Below the pieces are notes generated by a model. That model did no database searches and was not told the origin of the DNA. It worked only from the letters and a program-made list of their open reading frames with translations. Shown here piece by piece: positions 58,485 to 64,000 of a DNA stretch of 64,000 bases. Positions within the stretch are counted from its first letter, which is position 1, and each line of letters begins with the position of its first letter. The position numbers and the translations under genes were made by a program. This stretch comes from Nitrospirota bacterium. Lineage in GTDB: Bacteria > Nitrospirota > UBA9217. Where the stretch lies: positions 384,001 through 448,000 of the forward strand of contig CAVVUN010000002.1 in NCBI GenBank assembly GCA_963751455.1, in the 5' to 3' direction.

Positions 58485-60594
58485 GTACGCCCGGCACGAA
58501 CGTGAACTTATGGGGTGCAAGTCCTCTGTACGAGAACCAGAAGTAGAGTAGCACAAGTACTAGCCCATGGCAAGGGCGGAAGGGTGAACAGGGCGGAAGG
58601 GTGACCGACCGTCTGGAGGAAGCCTAAGGCAATGGTTCGACAAGCTCACCACGCGAGCCAGAGCCTGTCCTGAGCGGAGTCGAAGGAAACAGAAACCGCA
58701 TACAAGGCTTAGCCCTCGGGCGAGTTGGCACCACATGACGAAGCCCATTGGTTCAGGGGGTAGGGTAAATGCGGCGCAATACAATTATCCTTGTCCTCCT
58801 GACCCTCGCCCTCAGGGAGAGGGACCGGGTGAGGGAGGGCCGCTTAACGGAAATTCTTATCCGGGGAGATCTGCACGCCGTGCGATAGGATCGTCATGAG
58901 AAGAATCCGGGACGGGTCAACCCGGCAAACAAGGCCCAGGCATATCCGTTTGCTGTTAACGGATATGAGTTCCCCTTTCAGGGAAAACACGAATACTACA
59001 GCATCTCACGACGAACCCCTGTAGCGCCTTCTCTGGAAACAGAGACGGTGAGCGCGTACCCTGCACTCGCGATTCCACTCGTAAGCGCTGGGCACAAGCA
59101 GAAGTCAGCAGATGGCATAGTAGTCCCGTTTTATAGGGACGAAGGCCGGAACGCGGAAAGGAGAAAGGGCATTCCATAAGCTTCGGGAGGTGATGAGTCC
59201 GACAAGGATGAGCCGTATCCGGGCGCGTTATGGAGAAATAGCCCACTCGAATGACCACAGTAGAAGAAGTTGTAAGCAGTGAGAACATGCAGCAGGCATG
59301 GCAGCGGGTCAAGGCGAACAAGGGAGCGCCCGGCATCGACAATATGTCGATAAAGGACTATCCCGAGTTTGCAAGGGCCAACTGGCCGAGGATCAAGGCC
59401 TCCTTGCTGGACGGGACGTATAATCCCACTCCGGTCAAGAGGGTCGAGATTCCAAAAGACAACGGAGGTGTCCGGCTTTTGGGCATCCCCACGGTTTCCG
59501 ATCGCGTAGTACAGCAAGCGATCACCCAAGTGCTCGTCCCCGTCTTCGATCCCCATTTTTCCGAATCGAGCTACGGGTACAGACCGGGTCGTTCGGCGCA
59601 TCAGGCCGTAAAGAAGGTGGTTGAGCTGATCAACAAAGGATACCGCTACGCAGTTGACATCGATCTTGCAAAATTCTTCGACAACGTCAATTGGGACGTC
59701 CTTATGAGCCGGGTAGCCCGGCGCGTCAGGGACAAAGGCATCCTCCAACTGATCGGCAGATACCTTCGGGCGGGAGTCGTCGTAAACGGCAGGCTTACCC
59801 GTACCACCAAAGGCGTTCCGCAGGGCGGTCCACTTTCGCCGCTCCTGTCGAACATCCTTCTGGACGATCTCGATAAGGAACTAGAGAAACGTGGGCATCA
59901 GTTCTGCCGGTACGCAGATGATCTAATCATTCTGGTAAAGTCAAAGCGGGCCGGAGAACGAGTGATGCAGAGCGTCACCAGTTTCCTTGAAAAGAACCTC
60001 AAGGTGCAGGTGAACAGGGACAAGAGCAAGGTGGGAAGCGCGGAGTCCAGTATATTCCTGAGCTTTACGTTCCATCTCAAGAGGCCCACCGTCTCCCGGA
60101 AGGCGTTTGTAAACTTCAAGAATGAACTCAAGCGTCTTACCGGCCGCAGTTGGGGTGTATCCATGAAGCATCGCTACGGAAAAATCCAGACCTACTTACA
60201 GGGCTGGATGAATTATTTCGGTATCGGCATGAGATACAATGATGCGGTCGAGCTGGATCATCGTCTCCGCCGTCGGATTCGGATGTGCTACTGGAAACAG
60301 TGGCGCCGGACGAGGAAACGGGTCGGAGAACTGATGAAACTCGGTGTTGGTGAGCGACCTGCGGTAACAGCGGGACTGAGCAGGAAGAGCTATTGGCATC
60401 TTGCAAAGACCGAAGCCATCAATGTCGGCCTGTCCAATGCCTATCTCAAAGAGCAAGGGCTTACATCAATCAGAACACTGTGGATCAAGATTCACCATCC
60501 GGCCACGGCCCGATGATTTCCGCGAACCGCCTGGTGCGGACCCGCATGCCAGGTGGTGTGGGGGCTGGGGGAGAAAATCCCCCGGCTACCCGAT
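58485..60594 (+). mobile_element. Class C attC-targeting group II intron
   Basis: 5' GTACGCCCGGCA; DV GAACCGCCTGGTGCGGACCCGCATGCCAGGTGGTGT; 3' CTACCCGAT; antisense to cassettes. Confidence 0.92.
59251..60516 (+). CDS. ltrA: Group IIC intron reverse transcriptase/maturase
   Basis: NKGAPGID, RLLGIPT, GVPQGGPLSPLL, YADD, WKQW. Confidence 0.96.
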   Translation: MTTVEEVVSSENMQQAWQRVKANKGAPGIDNMSIKDYPEFARANWPRIKASLLDGTYNPTPVKRVEIPKDNGGVRLLGIPTVSDRVVQQAITQVLVPVFDPHFSESSYGYRPGRSAHQAVKKVVELINKGYRYAVDIDLAKFFDNVNWDVLMSRVARRVRDKGILQLIGRYLRAGVVVNGRLTRTTKGVPQGGPLSPLLSNILLDDLDKELEKRGHQFCRYADDLIILVKSKRAGERVMQSVTSFLEKNLKVQVNRDKSKVGSAESSIFLSFTFHLKRPTVSRKAFVNFKNELKRLTGRSWGVSMKHRYGKIQTYLQGWMNYFGIGMRYNDAVELDHRLRRRIRMCYWKQWRRTRKRVGELMKLGVGERPAVTAGLSRKSYWHLAKTEAINVGLSNAYLKEQGLTSIRTLWIKIHHPATAR

Positions 60595-60603
60595 TAGAAA
60601 TCT

Positions 60604-60813
60604 TTATTGACACTTATTCCTTGATTTCTCTTCCATTGATATGCAGTTATCGCAAACCCATCTTGTTTCGAGCTCCATTTTCTTTCTGATTTGATGGAGA
60701 TGCTGGCGACAAGTAGCTTGATTACAACTTGAGCATATCCCGCCGCGTGGAGTATCGAACTCTCCGCGGCAAATATGGCATTTCCATGGCATGATTTCTT
60801 TCGATAATTCCAT
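60604..60813 (-). CDS. Small Cys/His-rich zinc-binding protein
   Basis: CHIC..CSSC...CRQH..CDNC in 69 aa. Confidence 0.6.
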   Translation of the reverse strand: MELSKEIMPWKCHICRGEFDTPRGGICSSCNQATCRQHLHQIRKKMELETRWVCDNCISMEEKSRNKCQ

Positions 60814-60824
60814 AGTCCACTGTG

Positions 60825-61205
60825 CTATTTTGGTTGAGGAAATGTCATCGACAAAACTCCTAATGTTGTGAACATTACAACAAAATAGAACACATAAAAT
60901 ATTTGTATTTTGATCAGTCTGCGTTTAGTTGCGCCGATGGCTTCGAATTTTACTTTTTTATTAATAGATAGGAACGTAAGAGAGTATATAACGAATGCCA
61001 ACAGAAACGGGAATAATGGAACTTGAAGCATTATTAACATGCTGGGGATAATTTCCAAAATTGGTATTTTAATTTTAATTTGCAGCGCGCTGAACAACAT
61101 GACCAAGAAGTTGATGAAAATGATGAATCCCTCAAGGATAGCCATAACAACGTGGTAATTAAGGTCGTCCACACCGGAAGATTTTAAGTTGTTCGTTGTG
61201 TCCAT
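60825..61205 (-). CDS. Membrane protein (cassette ORF)
   Basis: Three hydrophobic segments; ATG 23 nt after the attC core; AT-rich. Confidence 0.6.
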   Translation of the reverse strand: MDTTNNLKSSGVDDLNYHVVMAILEGFIIFINFLVMLFSALQIKIKIPILEIIPSMLIMLQVPLFPFLLAFVIYSLTFLSINKKVKFEAIGATKRRLIKIQIFYVFYFVVMFTTLGVLSMTFPQPK

Positions 61206-61228
61206 TTTATGACCGTCATTATTTTCTG

Positions 61229-61285
61229 GACTAACACGCGCGTGAGGAGCGAGCTTTTCGCGACTCACTGACGCGCTCGTTGGAA
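61229..61285 (-). other. attC site
   Basis: TTCCAAC-GAGCGC-GTCAGTGAG..CTCAC-GCGCGT-GTTAGTC. Confidence 0.85.
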
Positions 61286-61326
61286 CGATCTGAACCATAG
61301 GGGTTAAGAAAATGCATAATCGATAT

Positions 61327-62610
61327 CTACAGATCGGCAACCGTTAAGGGCTCAATCGTTTTCATCTCAAAGGTCTTAGTTATATCAAGAATGTGTCTGA
61401 AGTTCGATACCGCCGCCAATGGTTCTATATGTTTGATTGACAATTCGGCAAATTTTGATCGATCGAAAGCTACCGAATAGATATATTGATCTTCAAGTGC
61501 GCCTGATTTATTATCAATGCGCTGTGTGTACCCAGACACCAATATCTTAGTGATGTTTGTACTGATGTTGAAAAAGGACCCAGCGAAGAAGAAGGCTAAT
61601 CCTACAACGCAACGAACGTAATCTTCCTTGAGTTCTTTTTGAGTCTTCGACTTGATCGATAATTTGCCGCTTAAAAGTAGATTGGCCTTATCTTTTGGGA
61701 GATCTTCTATTTCTGGCACATCAAGATCGACCATAAGAATTCCCTTTTCTTGTTCGTAATCATAATTGAGAGAGAAATCAACAGGTAAGGACAACGACTT
61801 GAGAAAGGAATCTATTTGGCTGTGAACATAATATTCCGCGCCTGATAGAAAATTTTTCAATTCGTTTTTTCGTGATTCAAAAGCTGCAAGCAAGCGCCCG
61901 TCCTCTTGCTCTTTTTTCCCTGCTTCGGCCTTTTCAAAAGTCTCCTTATCTGAAAGCCACCGATTTAAGGCCGCATCGTACTCGAACTGAATATTTTGAT
62001 CGACATATTCGGCTCTTTTCTTCTTCAAAGTCCAAAAGAACACACTCTTAATTTCTTGCTTTGCTTTTTTAGCAAGTTCACTTCGCACACCATCTATTTC
62101 AGGACGTGGAGTGGAAAAAGGTTTAACTTCATAAGTTTCGATTTTAATCTCTTTTAGTTCTTGTTCTATTGTTTTTATCTCGAGTAAGACAGGTGTAAAT
62201 TTAAAGATATGGATAAAGGCGCTTGTATTGTTTTCCACCTCTCTTTTCTTACCACTGACAAGCTCTTCAAGTTTCTGCTTGTATTCGGGCGTTTTTTTAA
62301 TTTTTCTCAGTAACGCCTCATCGAGGATTGGATCTCCATAATGGTCTTTTATTATCGGCTGACCAGTATCATCAATTTTGATATTTACATCTATGTATAT
62401 TTTCTCTTTGGCTGGTTTAGAGCGCGGTAAACCGCTATCGATCCGTTTTCGATTATATAGTCCTGTCCCTGGAATCCCGGTGTTCATGTACGTACCCCGA
62501 GGCCCGAAATTTAAAGATGCCCCACGAACACCAGCAGTTAAGCTGAGTCCTGACTTCGAGAGATTTAATCTTAAGCCTTTCGCGAGCCGAATGCTTTTCC
62601 TGAATCGCAT
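61327..62610 (-). CDS. DUF4236 domain protein (first cassette)
   Basis: RFRKSIRLAKGLRLNLSKSG..GIPGTGLY N-terminus, then coiled coil. Confidence 0.88.
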   Translation of the reverse strand: MRFRKSIRLAKGLRLNLSKSGLSLTAGVRGASLNFGPRGTYMNTGIPGTGLYNRKRIDSGLPRSKPAKEKIYIDVNIKIDDTGQPIIKDHYGDPILDEALLRKIKKTPEYKQKLEELVSGKKREVENNTSAFIHIFKFTPVLLEIKTIEQELKEIKIETYEVKPFSTPRPEIDGVRSELAKKAKQEIKSVFFWTLKKKRAEYVDQNIQFEYDAALNRWLSDKETFEKAEAGKKEQEDGRLLAAFESRKNELKNFLSGAEYYVHSQIDSFLKSLSLPVDFSLNYDYEQEKGILMVDLDVPEIEDLPKDKANLLLSGKLSIKSKTQKELKEDYVRCVVGLAFFFAGSFFNISTNITKILVSGYTQRIDNKSGALEDQYIYSVAFDRSKFAELSIKHIEPLAAVSNFRHILDITKTFEMKTIEPLTVADL

Positions 62611-62630
62611 ATGATCCTCTTATTTTCTGT

Positions 62631-62637
62631 TTACAAC
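62631..62637 (-). other. Putative attI recombination core
   Basis: GTTGTAA 20 nt before the first cassette ATG; 6/7 complementary to that cassette's R'' TTCCAAC; no attC stem upstream. Confidence 0.65.
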
Positions 62638-62813
62638 CAGTGTTTGAAGGGCCGCAAACCGTCCCGTGATTTACGAAAATCCGGTATTAGTCTTCGGAAA
62701 AATGCACATTCGATCAATAATGAGGCACCTTTTTGCTGCCGTGGATGCGCCCAGTCTAATACCGGCATTCCGGTATTAGTTTGATGCATTTCTGCAACTT
62801 TTCATTAATCGCG

Positions 62814-62842
62814 AGTATATTTTATGCTTTCCGGCATGTCAA
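62814..62842 (-). promoter_or_regulatory. Cassette promoter Pc
   Basis: TTGACA-17bp-TATACT facing attI. Confidence 0.8.
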
Positions 62843-62851
62843 GATAAAGTG

Positions 62852-62881
62852 TTGACTATTCAGGTTACTCGCAGCGATAAT
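62852..62881 (+). promoter_or_regulatory. Putative intI promoter
   Basis: TTGACT-18bp-GATAAT, back-to-back with Pc. Confidence 0.55.
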
Positions 62882-63004
62882 TCTCTCGAATAAGAAATCT
62901 GGATTGCCGCGTCGCTTTGCTCCTCGCAATGACGAATAAAAAACAGAAACATTTGTCACCTCGTAAGGTTGAGATTTCATGAGCATTATGGAGGGCCGGC
63001 GGCC

Positions 63005-64000
63005 ATGCAACCTATACCCAAAGATATTCAGGTTAAATTTGATGACATGCTGAAACAGCGGAATGTCCCTCTGTTCTCCCGGGCCGATTACCGTAAGTGG
63101 CTTCTATACTTTCTTGACTTTCGTGCCAAATATCCGCTTCCTGATGCCAAACCGGATCAAGTGAAGCTGTTCGCCGACAAGCTGCGGTCGAAGAATCAAA
63201 CCATCGTGCAAGTAGAGCAGGCTGCGGATGCGATTTCGCTGTTCTTCGCGTCTCAATCGACAAAAAGCACCGGAAGTGCAGGTCTTAAACCCATCCCCCT
63301 CTCCGTCTTCCCCTTGAAGGGGGAGATGAGTGAGCGGACAGCCTTCCACTTGAAGGGGGCGATGAATGAGAGGCTAGTGTCTCCCCCAAAAAGAGAGGCG
63401 AATAAGAGGGAGGTCTACCTGGCCACCGGGCAAAGGGTGTCCACAGCGCCTTTGCCTCCGGTAAAATACGATCGAGCCCGGGAAGCAGAATTGAAGAAGG
63501 AATCCGGCATGGTCTGCGAACCGCCGGCCTCTTCCATGCCCTTCGCACCGCGGCTCAGAAGCGGTAAGCAATACGATGAATGGCGTTGTCTTCGAAAGAC
63601 CGCGTCTCCGGCATGGGACAATGTAATAGCGCTGCTTGCTGACGAGATCAAGATCCGGCATTACTCCCGGAAGACGCTTAAGCACTACGCTGACTGGATC
63701 CGCAAGTTTCAGAGCTACTTGAGACATAAAGACCCTGCGGAGCTGTCGTCAAAAGATGTTAAGGCGTATCTCACCTTTCTCGCGGTGGATTGCAAAGTGT
63801 CTTCATCGACGCAGAATCAGGCTTTCAACGCCTTGTTGTTTCTGTACCGGCACGTTCTCAAAAAAGATTTCGGAATCCATAACGACATCCCGCGCGCGAA
63901 GAAATCAAATTACATCCCTGTGGTTCTTTCCCGGCAGGAAATCGATGCAGTTTTGCAAAATCTCCACCATCCGTTCCGGCTCGTTGCTCAACTCCAGTAC
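63005..64000 (+). CDS. intI: Integron integrase with long N-terminal extension (3'-partial)
   Basis: Open 332 codons to the edge; RHYSRKTLKHY..WIRKF, FLAV..KVSSSTQNQAFNALLFLYRHVL, PVVLSRQEI; divergent from the attC array; catalytic part lies outside the window. Confidence 0.9.
   Translation, partial: MQPIPKDIQVKFDDMLKQRNVPLFSRADYRKWLLYFLDFRAKYPLPDAKPDQVKLFADKLRSKNQTIVQVEQAADAISLFFASQSTKSTGSAGLKPIPLSVFPLKGEMSERTAFHLKGAMNERLVSPPKREANKREVYLATGQRVSTAPLPPVKYDRAREAELKKESGMVCEPPASSMPFAPRLRSGKQYDEWRCLRKTASPAWDNVIALLADEIKIRHYSRKTLKHYADWIRKFQSYLRHKDPAELSSKDVKAYLTFLAVDCKVSSSTQNQAFNALLFLYRHVLKKDFGIHNDIPRAKKSNYIPVVLSRQEIDAVLQNLHHPFRLVAQLQY

Noticed and set aside
51981-60516. RTs as retron, DGR or defence RTs
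   Set aside because: Both have YADD, a maturase tail and flanking DV/DVI with intron termini; no template/variable repeat pair. The 51264-51497 duplicate is an intron remnant with changes not restricted to adenines.
62946-62959. SOS box upstream of intI (GAAACATTTGTCAC)
   Set aside because: Resembles the dinB operator only with an indel and does not fit GAAC-N4-GTTC.
62822-63727. Short minus-strand ORFs from the track
   Set aside because: Antisense to intI, which the track omitted because it has no stop inside the window.
1-64000. tRNA, rRNA, riboswitch or Sec machinery genes
   Set aside because: None recognised by eye; a covariance-model scan is needed to exclude small RNAs.

Overview
Bacterial chromosomal window of about 50-55% GC by eye. 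Gene style suggests a Nitrospirota/Desulfobacterota-like anaerobe (inference only). The first ~43 kb is housekeeping DNA: a Rieske/cytochrome b/pentaheme c module, thrC-metB, pntAA-AB-B, a VapBC-type TA pair, lhr, xseB-ispA-dxs-[TonB receptor-YfiR-histidine kinase]-tlyA, dinB-lexA with an SOS box, pyk, rsmI, nadE, larC/larB and gpsA. Its intergenic spaces carry several families of periodic palindromic repeats and MITEs; two small nuclease genes (GxxExxY, GIY-YIG) sit between arms of such repeats. From ~46 kb to the end is a chromosomal integron: intI from 63005 (cut by the window edge, missing from the ORF track), attI, back-to-back promoters and minus-strand cassettes with at least seven attC sites or remnants. 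The array is invaded by attC-targeting class C group II introns and Y1/HUH transposase remnants. Top leads: (1) a cassette where two in-frame ORFs are joined by Gly-Cys-UGA-Gly plus a SECIS-like hairpin, a candidate 1120-aa secreted YARHG/propeller/ankyrin selenoprotein; (2) a twintron with the inner intron inserted directly after the branch-point A of an attC intron; (3) a receiver domain-LpxC fusion; (4) a TonB receptor-YfiR-kinase signalling unit; (5) nuclease genes enclosed by repeat arms whose empty copies are dispersed in the window.
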